NCBI GenBank assembly: GCA_035559535.1
Contig: DATMBG010000032.1
Location: forward strand, 62,001-126,000
Origin: Candidatus Limnocylindrales bacterium
Lineage (GTDB): Bacteria > Moduliflexota > Moduliflexia > Moduliflexales > JAUQPW01
Length of the DNA stretch: 64,000 bases
Direction: 5' to 3'
This document shows, one piece after another, positions 39,481 to 49,280 of this stretch. How positions within the stretch are numbered: position 1 is the stretch's first letter; every line of letters starts with the position of its first letter. Below the pieces are notes generated by a model. That model searched no databases. It was not told the DNA's origin and saw only the letters and a list, made by a program, of their open reading frames with translations. A program made the position numbers and the translations under genes.

Positions 39481-41564
39481 TATAAAGGAAGGGTTACGAT
39501 AAAGGTCGTCCCTTTCCCTATTTCACTCTCTACCTCCAGTATTCCTTTATGGGCTTCTACAATCCGATGGGCGATGGGTAAACCGAGACCGGTACCTTGG
39601 GGTTTACTGGTGTGAAAAGGTTCAAAAATATTGGCAACTTCCTCTGGAGCAATCCCGATACCGGTATCAGAGATTCTCACCTGAAGCCCCTGGAAATCTC
39701 GCGTGGAAACGGTCAGTATTTCGATTTTGATAACTCCCTCATCCGGCATTGCTTCCAGTGCATTAATCAGCAGATTCCAGAAAACTTCATGCATCTGATC
39801 GGCATCTAAACGAACTTTGGGTAACTCAGGCTCACACCGCAGGTGGATTTTTATACGATCATTCCATCGGGTATCCTTTTTGAGGAGTCGAAGAACCTCT
39901 TCCATAACCTCCCGAATATCACTTTCCAAAAATACAGGTTCTCGAGGACGGGCAAACTGTAAGAAATTGGTAACAATCTTGTTGAGACGGTCGGTTTCCT
40001 CCACGATCACTCCCATTAATTCCAGATCTTCTTCGTTTAAATCTACATCGCGTTTAAGAAGCTTGGCCGAATTGGAGATGGCGACCAGAGGATTTCGGAT
40101 CTCATGGGCGAGACCGGCGGCCAGTCCTCCGATGGACGCAAGCCATTCCGATCTTCGAACCTGTTCCTGTAATTTTTTCTGCTCGGTGATATCCATGGCA
40201 AATCCTACCAGGGAAGCTTTCTCACCCCGGTCATTCTTAAGAACGGTGGCCGAAGAGTATAACCATCGGACATCTCGTTTGTTTTGGTGAATCATTCGAA
40301 ATTCAAGGCTTCTCCCCTTTCCTTCAAAGACCTTTCTCTGGGCATCAAAAACGCGATCCCGATCCTCTGGGTGAATCTGGCTAACCCATAAATTCTTGTT
40401 CCGGTAGTAATCTTCCGGTCGATATCCCAATATCTTCTCCACGACAGGGTTGAGATAGGTAATGCTTCCATCGGGAGAAACAATATAGATAATAAAATCC
40501 TTCGTACTCTCGATGAGGGATCGATACTTCTCCTCGGATTCTTTAATTCTATTGAACAGGCGTGTATTTTCAATAGCAATGGCCAGTTGGGGGGTTATCT
40601 GTTTAACCAGGTCAAATTGATCTTCTGAGAAGTTATTTACCTTTCGGCTGGCAAAACTGATGGTACCGATGACCTCTCCTCGACAAAAGAGGGGATACGT
40701 GACACTGGAGCGAATCCCTTCTTTCAACAACTTGGTCATCCCCCAATAGGGGCTCTCCGCCACATCCTGGATCAAAACAGGTTTACCGGTATCGACCACT
40801 TCCCCCAGATGGGTCTCGGCTTTAGGAATGAAAGTACCCTCTTGCAAGTCACCGGATTCTAAACTTTCATAATACTTGACCAGGGCATAAATCTGAAAGC
40901 CCGTTTTTTGTTCGTCTAAAAGACTCACGGTCATCCGATCGAAATCGAAAACTTTTTTTAACTCGGCCCCGATGGCTTCATAAACGTCTTTAATATCCAG
41001 ACTTGAGGCGATGATTTTATTTACATTGCTGATAACCTCTTTTTCCTTATCAATTCGCTTGCGTTCTGTAATATCCCGGGAAATCCCCAAAACATAAATA
41101 ACCTGACCCGTCTCGTCCCGGATTGGATCCAAGCTGGTACTAAACCAGAATTCTTTACCCGGAATCTTATAGGTGTGCTCGTGAATAGTGCCTTCTCCGG
41201 TTCCAAAAACTTTTTGAATATGGGCCATGTATAAATCAGCTTCTTTTTTGGAGAAGAGTTCATAGATATTTTTTCCTACAAAATCGGTGGGATTCCCGCC
41301 AATAATACGGGCTGCTATACGGTTCATGGATATACAATTTCCTTCCGAGTCTACGGTAAAGATGGCATCTCCCGCACTGTCTACCAGGGTTTTATACTTG
41401 GCTTCAAATTCCCTGAGTCGTTTGCTCTCCTCCTTAACCTCGCGTTCCAGTTGCTCAGCCAAAATCCGATACTTCTCCACGGACTTCTTGATTTCCAGAT
41501 ACTCCTTGCTAAGCTCTTCATAGGCTTTAACCAGGTCCTTAAATCCTTTGGTGGACTTTTTCAT
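39480..41564 (-). CDS. Cytoplasmic PAS-GAF-PAS sensor histidine kinase
   Basis: DITERK and DITEQK PAC ends, GAF (IAIENTRL), AHEIRNPL H-box, NLLINA, DTGIGI, GTGLGL; no TM segments. Confidence 0.93.
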   Translation of the reverse strand: MKKSTKGFKDLVKAYEELSKEYLEIKKSVEKYRILAEQLEREVKEESKRLREFEAKYKTLVDSAGDAIFTVDSEGNCISMNRIAARIIGGNPTDFVGKNIYELFSKKEADLYMAHIQKVFGTGEGTIHEHTYKIPGKEFWFSTSLDPIRDETGQVIYVLGISRDITERKRIDKEKEVISNVNKIIASSLDIKDVYEAIGAELKKVFDFDRMTVSLLDEQKTGFQIYALVKYYESLESGDLQEGTFIPKAETHLGEVVDTGKPVLIQDVAESPYWGMTKLLKEGIRSSVTYPLFCRGEVIGTISFASRKVNNFSEDQFDLVKQITPQLAIAIENTRLFNRIKESEEKYRSLIESTKDFIIYIVSPDGSITYLNPVVEKILGYRPEDYYRNKNLWVSQIHPEDRDRVFDAQRKVFEGKGRSLEFRMIHQNKRDVRWLYSSATVLKNDRGEKASLVGFAMDITEQKKLQEQVRRSEWLASIGGLAAGLAHEIRNPLVAISNSAKLLKRDVDLNEEDLELMGVIVEETDRLNKIVTNFLQFARPREPVFLESDIREVMEEVLRLLKKDTRWNDRIKIHLRCEPELPKVRLDADQMHEVFWNLLINALEAMPDEGVIKIEILTVSTRDFQGLQVRISDTGIGIAPEEVANIFEPFHTSKPQGTGLGLPIAHRIVEAHKGILEVESEIGKGTTFIVTLPL

Positions 41565-41629
41565 TATAAAAGCCCAAAGTCTAAAATCCTAGATGAATTT
41601 GACTCTGGACTTTAGACTTTGAGCAGGTA

Positions 41630-43075
41630 TTAGTCTCGAATCTGGGCGACCCTTTTAACAAATTCAATACAGGGTTTTGGATCATATTCCCGATAAATAG
41701 TTATTTTTTGGGCTTCCAAAGAGCCTTCTGCATGGATGGCCAGGACTTCATGATACCCCCCAAAATCAGAGGCCGTGAGGTCTCGGATCAGATTAAATAG
41801 TTTTAATCGGTTCTCGGTAGAGATTCCCCTAGCCCCACCCAGGTATTTCTGGATATAGGGACGGGTTTCCGGGTTGAGCCAGTCCTCTTCAGAAGGTCCG
41901 GTTACCAGAAGACCCCCGGCAATGTCCTGAAGCCAGCTGACCGCCTGGTGGTAATGACTGGCGAAATAATATTTCGCGATATTGGTAATGAGGGTATCTG
42001 GAACTGCAATTCCCGGATCTACCACATGGCATTCGTAGGCAGAAGCCCGGGTAAGGGCCCGAACCGTTTCTGTATAACTGATGAGCTGGGTGATTTTTTC
42101 TCGAATATGAGAAGCCTTTTTAACCCCATTGGCTTCGGCCATAAGCTCGGCTGCGCCAATGAACAGTTCACAGAGTGGTGGTTTATAGGAAATAGCCGTA
42201 AAACGATGGAATTGGACGAAAGTTGTGGCTAAAGGTCCTGCAAACTGCCATTCTCCTTTCATAAAGACCCGTTCCCAGGGAACGAAGACATCATCGAAAA
42301 TGGTCAGAGATTCCATCAACCGATGATGGGTGCTTACCGGATGATGGAAGTCACTGGGAGGTACACTGCCAAAGGGACTCACAATCATCTTAAGTCCTTT
42401 GGTATTGGCCGGGATGGCAAAGGCCACGGCATAATTTTTATCCCCTTCCCCTAGAGCCCGGGTAGGGATTACCAGGATCTCATTTACGGCAACCGCCGAG
42501 GTGGTATGAACCTTTGCTCCCCGCACTATAATACCGTCTTTGGTTTCATCGACGATTCGAACATAATAATCCGGGTGTTCCTGCTCTGAAGGCCGCAGAC
42601 CTCGATCTCCTTTTACATCTGTCTGTGCCGTAGCCATGCTTAGATCATTTTGCCGACAGTATTGATGATATTTTTGAACCCGTTCAAGATAGTGACTCCC
42701 GAGCTGATCGTCCATCTTTTTAGCAATGATATAAAGGGCAAAAATGGCATCGGTTCCAATTTCCTTGATGATGGGAACCACTCCATGACCGGCTCGGGTT
42801 CCCGTTAAAATCATTTCATGCCGTTTCAGAAGATCCTCTGCATTCCTGGGGATTTTAAAATATCGGCTGCTGATTTCTCCCGTTTCCGGATCCTGATAGG
42901 TCATCAGATCTTTGTATCGGGGATCTTCTGCCAGGTGATAATCCCCGGCAGCATGCTCAATAGCCACTCTTATATCGGGATGGGTCGTTACATCTTTAAC
43001 CTGTTCCCCCCGGTAATAAACCATACGACCATCCCGTAAACTTTCTATATATTGTTCAGCAGATCTAAGTGCCAT
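41630..43075 (-). CDS. HpaB / 4-hydroxybutyryl-CoA dehydratase (AbfD) family flavoprotein
   Basis: QYIESLR, TDVKGDRG, VRGAKVH, FDDVFVPWERVF, DIAGGL motifs. Confidence 0.8.
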   Translation of the reverse strand: MALRSAEQYIESLRDGRMVYYRGEQVKDVTTHPDIRVAIEHAAGDYHLAEDPRYKDLMTYQDPETGEISSRYFKIPRNAEDLLKRHEMILTGTRAGHGVVPIIKEIGTDAIFALYIIAKKMDDQLGSHYLERVQKYHQYCRQNDLSMATAQTDVKGDRGLRPSEQEHPDYYVRIVDETKDGIIVRGAKVHTTSAVAVNEILVIPTRALGEGDKNYAVAFAIPANTKGLKMIVSPFGSVPPSDFHHPVSTHHRLMESLTIFDDVFVPWERVFMKGEWQFAGPLATTFVQFHRFTAISYKPPLCELFIGAAELMAEANGVKKASHIREKITQLISYTETVRALTRASAYECHVVDPGIAVPDTLITNIAKYYFASHYHQAVSWLQDIAGGLLVTGPSEEDWLNPETRPYIQKYLGGARGISTENRLKLFNLIRDLTASDFGGYHEVLAIHAEGSLEAQKITIYREYDPKPCIEFVKRVAQIRD

Positions 43076-43320
43076 GATTTCTTCTCCTTCTAATTACCTT
43101 ACAGGTTATGAAGTGATAACAATGACCTGAAATTTCCACTTAAGCTTTTTATTTAACAAAGCCCTTTCATCCTGTCAATTTAATATTACCTGGAGTAAAG
43201 GTTAAAAAACCGCTATGAAGTAATTTTTACAGACTCTTTAAGGGTTCTCAAGGAAATAATCAATCCACGAACGATTTTTCTTGCCTGTTCCATGTAAACC
43301 CGGCATATTACATAAAGGTT

Positions 43321-44940
43321 ATGGCATCTTTTAAAGATATTGGTGGATTGGAAAAAGAGCTTCAGCGGGTTCGGGAGATTATCGAGTTTCCCATGAAATA
43401 TCCCGAAGTTTTTGCCCGATTGGGGATTGAACCCCCCAAAGGGGTTCTGCTTCATGGCCCACCGGGAACCGGAAAGACCCTCATTGCTCGAGCTATTGCC
43501 AATGAGATAGGAGCCCATTTCATCCACATCAACGGTCCCGAAGTCATTAACAAGTATTATGGAGAAAGCGAGGCCAGACTCCGGGAGAGGTTTGAAGAGG
43601 CCCGCCGTAATGCGCCCAGTGTAATTTTTATCGATGAAATCGATGCCATTGCCCCCAAACGGATTAATGTCGCGGGAGAGGTAGAAAAGCGGGTCGTGGC
43701 TCAGCTTCTGGCTTTAATGGATGGCTTAGTAACCCGGGGTCAGGTGGTGGTGATTGGCGCAACCAATATCCCGGAGGTGTTGGATCCTGCCCTGCGACGT
43801 CCGGGGCGATTTGATCGGGAGGTGGTCATCGGGGTTCCCAATCGAATCGGGCGGCGCCAGATCCTGGAGATTCATACCCGATCCATGCCTCTGGCTCCCA
43901 ATGTCAATCTGGATAAACTGGCCGAGATTACCCACGGATACGTAGGGGCCGATCTGGAAGCTATCGCCAAAGAAGCCGGTATGATTGCCCTTCGCAGGAT
44001 TTTACCGGAGATTAATAGCCAGGCCCCTTCTCGGCTGGAGGGTCCCGCTCTGGATTTTCAGGTTACCATGGAAGACTTCATCGAAGCTTTCAAGGAGATC
44101 GAACCCGGAGCCACACGAGAGTTTCTGGCCGAAAGACCCGTACTTCAATTCAAGGACGTGGGAGGATTAACCTACGTGAAGAAGACGCTCAAGGCCATCA
44201 TCCGACTTTCCTCTTGCTATCATCGGTTCTATGAAACCAGCGGAATAGCTTTTCCCAAAAGTCTACTTTTTACGGGCCCTTCCGGTACGGGAAAAACCCT
44301 CCTGGCAAGGGCCTTGGCCGGTGAAAGTGGATTTACCTTGATTACGGTAGACGGACCCAGGCTTTTCTCTAAATGGCTGGGAGAATCTGAAAAAGGACTC
44401 CGAGAGGTCTTCAAGATGGCCCGGCATACTTCTCCGTGTATTCTATTCTTCGATGAAATTGATAGCATTGCCCCGATTCGGCGTATATACGGAGGAGACG
44501 AAAGTGGGGTCACGCAACGAATGGTTAACCAGCTCCTCCGGGAATTGGATACCCTCAAGGATTTTAATGAGGTTATTTTCCTGGCGGCTACCAATCGGAT
44601 TGACCTGGTAGATCCTGCTCTTTTACGGGCAGGCCGGTTTGACTATATTCTGGAGTTTCCCATTCCAACTCTGGAAGAGCGGGAGGAAATTTTTAAAATC
44701 TACCTGGCCCAACTTCATCTGAAGGATGTGGATTTGCATCAACTGGCCGAGCAGACTGAAGGTTTCGTGGGATCGGATATCGAAGCCGTTTGTAAAAAAG
44801 CGCGATTGATGGCTCTGGAGCAGTTTTTTGAGGATTCCGAAGTAATCCTTGTTCAACATCCAGATTTGCGTATTACCCAGGCTCATTTTTTGGAGGCCAT
44901 CGAGTTGACCCGGCAGATGGGAAAGATCCCTCGTAGTTAA
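43321..44940 (+). CDS. Cdc48/VCP-like double AAA+ ATPase lacking N-domain
   Basis: DIGGL, GPPGTGKT, FIDEID, DPALRRPGRFDRE; second GPSGTGKT, FFDEID, LLRAGRFD. Confidence 0.9.
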   Translation: MASFKDIGGLEKELQRVREIIEFPMKYPEVFARLGIEPPKGVLLHGPPGTGKTLIARAIANEIGAHFIHINGPEVINKYYGESEARLRERFEEARRNAPSVIFIDEIDAIAPKRINVAGEVEKRVVAQLLALMDGLVTRGQVVVIGATNIPEVLDPALRRPGRFDREVVIGVPNRIGRRQILEIHTRSMPLAPNVNLDKLAEITHGYVGADLEAIAKEAGMIALRRILPEINSQAPSRLEGPALDFQVTMEDFIEAFKEIEPGATREFLAERPVLQFKDVGGLTYVKKTLKAIIRLSSCYHRFYETSGIAFPKSLLFTGPSGTGKTLLARALAGESGFTLITVDGPRLFSKWLGESEKGLREVFKMARHTSPCILFFDEIDSIAPIRRIYGGDESGVTQRMVNQLLRELDTLKDFNEVIFLAATNRIDLVDPALLRAGRFDYILEFPIPTLEEREEIFKIYLAQLHLKDVDLHQLAEQTEGFVGSDIEAVCKKARLMALEQFFEDSEVILVQHPDLRITQAHFLEAIELTRQMGKIPRS

Positions 44941-45024
44941 TAGGAGATACCCCCTGGGCACCAGGTTTATCATGGGAACTCTGGGTGCTGATGAATCTGG
45001 TATCCTGGTGGTAAGAACCGTTCT

Positions 45025-46260
45025 ATGATCAACCGAAGAAAGTTCCTGAAAAGTATTGCGGGAAGTTTAGTTCTGGCTAAAAGCGGTATCCTCCTGCCAA
45101 AAACCCTTCTGGCCCAGAGTTCTCAGATGGGGCCGCCGGAGCTTCCACAAGGAGCTTTGGAGGAGGCCATACTTCAAGCTCTACCCGGGAAAAAACCTCT
45201 TATCAAGAGAACCTACCGTCCTCCTAACTATGAAACCCCTGTTCAATATTTTAATGAACTGTTTACCCCCAGCGAGGTCTTTTTCGTAAGATACCATCTG
45301 GCCGATATCCCTCAAGTGGATAGCAAGCAATGGAAACTCAGCATCGGAGGGGAAGCCATAGAAAAACCCATGGAATTAACCCTGGAAGACCTCCAACGAG
45401 ATTTTGAGCAGGTGGAGATGGCGGCTTTATGTTTGTGCTCGGGCAATCGAAGGGGATTGTTCAAGCCCCACGTGCCGGGAGTTCAATGGGGTTATGGCGC
45501 CATGGGAAACGCCAGGTGGAAGGGAGTCCGGCTTAAAGATATTTTGGTCAAAGCCGGTATTAAAAAAGAAGCTCTCGAAGTTACATTTAACGGTGCCGAT
45601 GGGGCCGTTTTGGAAAAAACTCCGGATTTTAAGAAGAGTCTCCCGGTCTGGAAAGCCCTGGATGAAAATACCCTTATTGCCTGGGAGATGAACAGGGAAC
45701 CGCTTCCCCACTGGAATGGATTCCCTGCCCGATTAATAGTCCCCGGCTGGACCGGTACCTATTGGGTTAAACAGCTTACGGAGATTCAGGCTATAACCCG
45801 ACCCTTTGATGGTTTTTGGATGAAGGCAGCCTACAGAATTCCCAAAGGTAAATTTCCCATTGTAGATCGATTTATCTCTCAAGAAACAGAGATTAATACT
45901 CCCATCACCGAGATGGTCGTCAGCTCCCTGATAACAAATCTGGAAGAAGGACAGAAGTTCAAGTCAGGACAACCCATCGAAGTTAAAGGAATAGCCTGGG
46001 ATGGGGGTTACGGTATTCAACGGGTAGAGATCTCCACCGATGGAGGAAAGACCTGGCAAGAGGCTGAATTGGGGACCGACGCCGGAAGGTTTTCCTGGAG
46101 ACCCTGGAATTATCCCTTTATACCGACTGAGAAGGGTAAATATACCGTTATGGCCAAGGCCAGTAACCGTCTGGGACAGACACAAACGTTTGAACTCATC
46201 CTGAATCCGGCCGGCTATCACCATAACGTCATTCAGCGTATAAACATAGAAGTCATTTAA
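45025..46260 (+). CDS. sorA: Sulfite dehydrogenase molybdopterin subunit (SorA/SoxC-like), Tat-exported
   Basis: NRRKFLK twin-arginine; FFVRYH, Mo-ligand CSGNRR, NGFPARLIVPGW, GYHHN. Confidence 0.85.
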   Translation: MINRRKFLKSIAGSLVLAKSGILLPKTLLAQSSQMGPPELPQGALEEAILQALPGKKPLIKRTYRPPNYETPVQYFNELFTPSEVFFVRYHLADIPQVDSKQWKLSIGGEAIEKPMELTLEDLQRDFEQVEMAALCLCSGNRRGLFKPHVPGVQWGYGAMGNARWKGVRLKDILVKAGIKKEALEVTFNGADGAVLEKTPDFKKSLPVWKALDENTLIAWEMNREPLPHWNGFPARLIVPGWTGTYWVKQLTEIQAITRPFDGFWMKAAYRIPKGKFPIVDRFISQETEINTPITEMVVSSLITNLEEGQKFKSGQPIEVKGIAWDGGYGIQRVEISTDGGKTWQEAELGTDAGRFSWRPWNYPFIPTEKGKYTVMAKASNRLGQTQTFELILNPAGYHHNVIQRINIEVI

Positions 46261-46341
46261 AAAACCCATGGGAGGCGGTTTTTACGCGGAATAAAAACTT
46301 CGTTTTCTGGTGGAAAACGAACTTCTGGAAAGGAGGATCCT

Positions 46342-46641
46342 GTGAAAAGTCTTTTTTTTCTTTTGATTCTATGGATCATTCTCGCTGCTCCCGTTTTGGC
46401 TCAAGAGGAAAAAATAAAACTTAAAGAAGGGCCCGGAAAAAAGCTTGTGGAAGCCCATTGTAATATCTGCCATAGCCTGGATTATATCCTGATCAATTCA
46501 CCTTTCCTGGATAAAAAAGGGTGGGAGGCTTCGGTTAATAAAATGATTCAGGTCATGGGAGCACCCATCAATAAAGACGATGTCCCTCAGATTATAGAAT
46601 ATTTGACAACCTATTATGGAAAGAAGGAGTCATCCCCATAA
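46342..46641 (+). CDS. sorB: Monoheme cytochrome c (SorB-like)
   Basis: Signal peptide, CNICHSLDYI, W..VNKM; follows sorA. Confidence 0.82.
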   Translation: MKSLFFLLILWIILAAPVLAQEEKIKLKEGPGKKLVEAHCNICHSLDYILINSPFLDKKGWEASVNKMIQVMGAPINKDDVPQIIEYLTTYYGKKESSP

Positions 46642-46728
46642 GTTAAGCCAATCGGTCATTAAGGGATTTTAAGGTTGTTTTCCGGGGATAAAGATTCAGG
46701 ATTGAGGATCGGGTCAAAGCTACCCTTG

Positions 46729-46757
46729 TTGATAAGTATCCCCAGGTGTTGTATACT
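46729..46757 (+). promoter_or_regulatory. Putative sigma70 promoter of rpoE operon
   Basis: TTGATA-N17-TATACT. Confidence 0.55.
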
Positions 46758-46837
46758 GTTATAATAATGACCTTGAATGCGGTCGGACAGGTTGATGTAA
46801 GTAACCTTTACAAATCTTTAAAAGTTTCTCGGCTACA

Positions 46838-46865
46838 GGAACTTTAGCCTGGTTCCCAGGTCTAA
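46838..46865 (+). promoter_or_regulatory. SigmaE/AlgU-type autoregulatory promoter
   Basis: GGAACTT-N16-TCTAA, exact RpoE/AlgU consensus, about 46 nt before rpoE. Confidence 0.8.
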
Positions 46866-46911
46866 TCTAATGAATTCACCATAGTTAGTACGAGAAAAAA
46901 GGATCGCGTAC

Positions 46912-47505
46912 GTGTTGAATTCGAGGAAACCCACAAAGCCGGTAACCGATGAGAGCCTGGTAAAGAGATGTCAAGCTGGAGATTCGCTGGCTTTTGAGAC
47001 CTTAGTCATTCGATATCAGAGGCAGATTTTTAGTCTGATTCATCGTATGACCAATAATCCTGAGATTGTTGAGGATTTGGCTCAAGAGGTTTTTATTTCG
47101 GCTTTCAAGGCAATAGGAGAATTTAAGGGAAATTCTTCTTTTTTTACTTGGCTATATCGGATTGCCATCAATAAGTGTAAGAACTATTTAGCCTCTTCTC
47201 GTGGGTCTCTTATACCTATAGGAGATAGGAGGTCGGAGGCTGAGCCTTCTTTGTTGGAGATAGCGGACCAGCGAGTGAATCCACAGACTGCTTTGTTAAC
47301 AGGGGAGTTATTGGCGCAGGTTGATGAAGCTTTAGGAAGTCTTCCAGACGATCAAAGAGAGGCCCTGGTTCTGTATGATCTGGAAGGCTTATCTTATCAG
47401 GAGATTGCAGAGGTTTTGAATTGCCCCATAGGGACTGTGCGGTCTCGATTAGCCAGAGCCAGGGCAGCTTTAAGAGAAAGGCTCAAGGATTATTTTACGG
47501 AGTAG
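46912..47505 (+). CDS. rpoE: ECF sigma factor RpoE/AlgU-like
   Basis: DLAQEVF, FFTWLYRIAIN, GLSYQEIA, GTVRSRLARAR; in rpoE-rseA-rseB-degP arrangement. Confidence 0.9.
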   Translation: MLNSRKPTKPVTDESLVKRCQAGDSLAFETLVIRYQRQIFSLIHRMTNNPEIVEDLAQEVFISAFKAIGEFKGNSSFFTWLYRIAINKCKNYLASSRGSLIPIGDRRSEAEPSLLEIADQRVNPQTALLTGELLAQVDEALGSLPDDQREALVLYDLEGLSYQEIAEVLNCPIGTVRSRLARARAALRERLKDYFTE

Positions 47506-47509
47506 AAGT

Positions 47510-48079
47510 ATGAACTGTGAGGAATATTTTGAGCTTATAACCGGATATGCAGATGGGGAGTTACGAGAGGCCGAGGTGGTATTGCTTACCCAGCATTTGA
47601 CTGCCTGTGCAAAGTGTCATCAACATCTTAAGGAAATCAGTGCCTTAAAAAATCTTTTAAAACAATATGCAGCAACGAAAGCCCTGGTCCCTTCTTTAGG
47701 ATTTTCCCAAAAAATCCTGCAGAGTGTCCACAAGGAAATTCCGGTCTTTGGAAAGAAAGGTTTATCATGGACTTCGAAATATCCTCTTTCTGTCTGGGCC
47801 ACGGCGGCAGTTCTGTTTCTGATTCTCCTTGCCGGAATCTTTTACTTTCAGCAAATGGGAGTTCAGGAACCTTCAAAGAACACCTATTATGTTGAGATGA
47901 AACCAAAGACTCAGAAGAATATATATTATGTCGAGGCTAAACTAGATTCCCCGCCTGCCCACGAATCGGGAAATACGGATTTCAATAATATTGATGATTA
48001 TCTCTATCAGCATGCCATGGAGGGGTTGCGAACTCCTCTAACGGATAACACCGTATTCGTGGGATATATGAACCGATGA
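47510..48079 (+). CDS. Zinc-finger (zf-HC2) anti-sigma factor
   Basis: MNC..YADGEL..HLTACAKC; single TM. Confidence 0.85.
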   Translation: MNCEEYFELITGYADGELREAEVVLLTQHLTACAKCHQHLKEISALKNLLKQYAATKALVPSLGFSQKILQSVHKEIPVFGKKGLSWTSKYPLSVWATAAVLFLILLAGIFYFQQMGVQEPSKNTYYVEMKPKTQKNIYYVEAKLDSPPAHESGNTDFNNIDDYLYQHAMEGLRTPLTDNTVFVGYMNR

Positions 48080-49194
48080 GCCAGATGTTGGAGAGATTAC
48101 CAGGTACTTCTAAGATATACGGTAGACAGATTGAGTCCATGAAGTGGAAATGGGATTTAACGATTTTAAACGCTTTCTTTTTCTTGATCAGTTGGTTAAT
48201 AACCCTTTTCATTGCCGATAAGGTATGGGCTGAGGAAAGGGAAGAACTGGATAGCATTATTCAAACCCTGGGGGAGTCCAGAACTAAGGATATCAGCTAT
48301 ATGGGGGTCAAAATTGTGGTTAACTACTCCTCCTGTCAACCAGATGTTAAGAGTATTCAGGTAATCCATGGACCCGCTAACAAGGAAAAGCGAGAAATCT
48401 TCTCCTTGAAGGAAAAGAAAACCCAGGTCATTCTGGATGACGGACAACATATCTGGCACTATATTCCATCGGAAGCTTTTGTCATTCGTAAAAATTCCCC
48501 TGTTTTCGAGGATGTGGTGAAAGATCTCAAGGAAAAGGAGCAGCTCATCGAACAGAACTACAAGATTTACATAGAGAGGCAAGGACAAATCATTAACAGA
48601 AATAGTATCGGTATTTTCTTCGAACCCAAGGATACCAATCGGCCGGCTCGTAAGGTATGGGTGGATAGAGAATATGGAATCCCCCTAAGGACTGAGATTT
48701 ACGACCTGAATGGAAATCTCATTCTGTTATCGACTTTCTCGGAAATTAAATTTGGATCTGTTCTTGGAAATGACATTTTCTCTCTCAAAATTCCCGAAGG
48801 GACTCCTGTTAAGACCTTTGTAGAAGCCAGATATGCCAATCTGGCTGAAGCAGAAAAACATATCGATTTTAAGTTGCACCCCTTAGGTTATGTTCCTGAA
48901 GGGTTTACCCTCACCGGGATCACCCATATTAAAGTGGATAAAGGAGAGCGGGTCCATTTACTTTATTCCGACGGATTGAGCTCTCTATCCATTTTCCAGG
49001 ACAAGTCTGTACTATCTTTTTCCGGTACCCCTCTCCCTACCAGAGAAGTGAACATTAATGACAAAAAAGGAGTATTATATGACCAAGGACTACTAAAGAT
49101 CTTAAATTGGAAATTACAGGACACCTATGTTACTTTAATAGGAGAAATCTCAGAAGATGAGTTATTAAAAGTGGCTCGATCAGTTTTGCCTTAA
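48076..49194 (+). CDS. MucB/RseB-like periplasmic anti-sigma regulator
   Basis: KVWVDREYGIPLRTE, YVPEGF, YSDGLSSLSIF motifs; operon position. Confidence 0.8.
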   Translation: MSQMLERLPGTSKIYGRQIESMKWKWDLTILNAFFFLISWLITLFIADKVWAEEREELDSIIQTLGESRTKDISYMGVKIVVNYSSCQPDVKSIQVIHGPANKEKREIFSLKEKKTQVILDDGQHIWHYIPSEAFVIRKNSPVFEDVVKDLKEKEQLIEQNYKIYIERQGQIINRNSIGIFFEPKDTNRPARKVWVDREYGIPLRTEIYDLNGNLILLSTFSEIKFGSVLGNDIFSLKIPEGTPVKTFVEARYANLAEAEKHIDFKLHPLGYVPEGFTLTGITHIKVDKGERVHLLYSDGLSSLSIFQDKSVLSFSGTPLPTREVNINDKKGVLYDQGLLKILNWKLQDTYVTLIGEISEDELLKVARSVLP

Positions 49195-49280
49195 AAGCTG
49201 TCTACTACCCGTCGTCCGTTGTTCAGGGGGTATAAGTTCCTAAGAGGGGCAACGGACAACAGTTAATAGACAAGGAAGTT

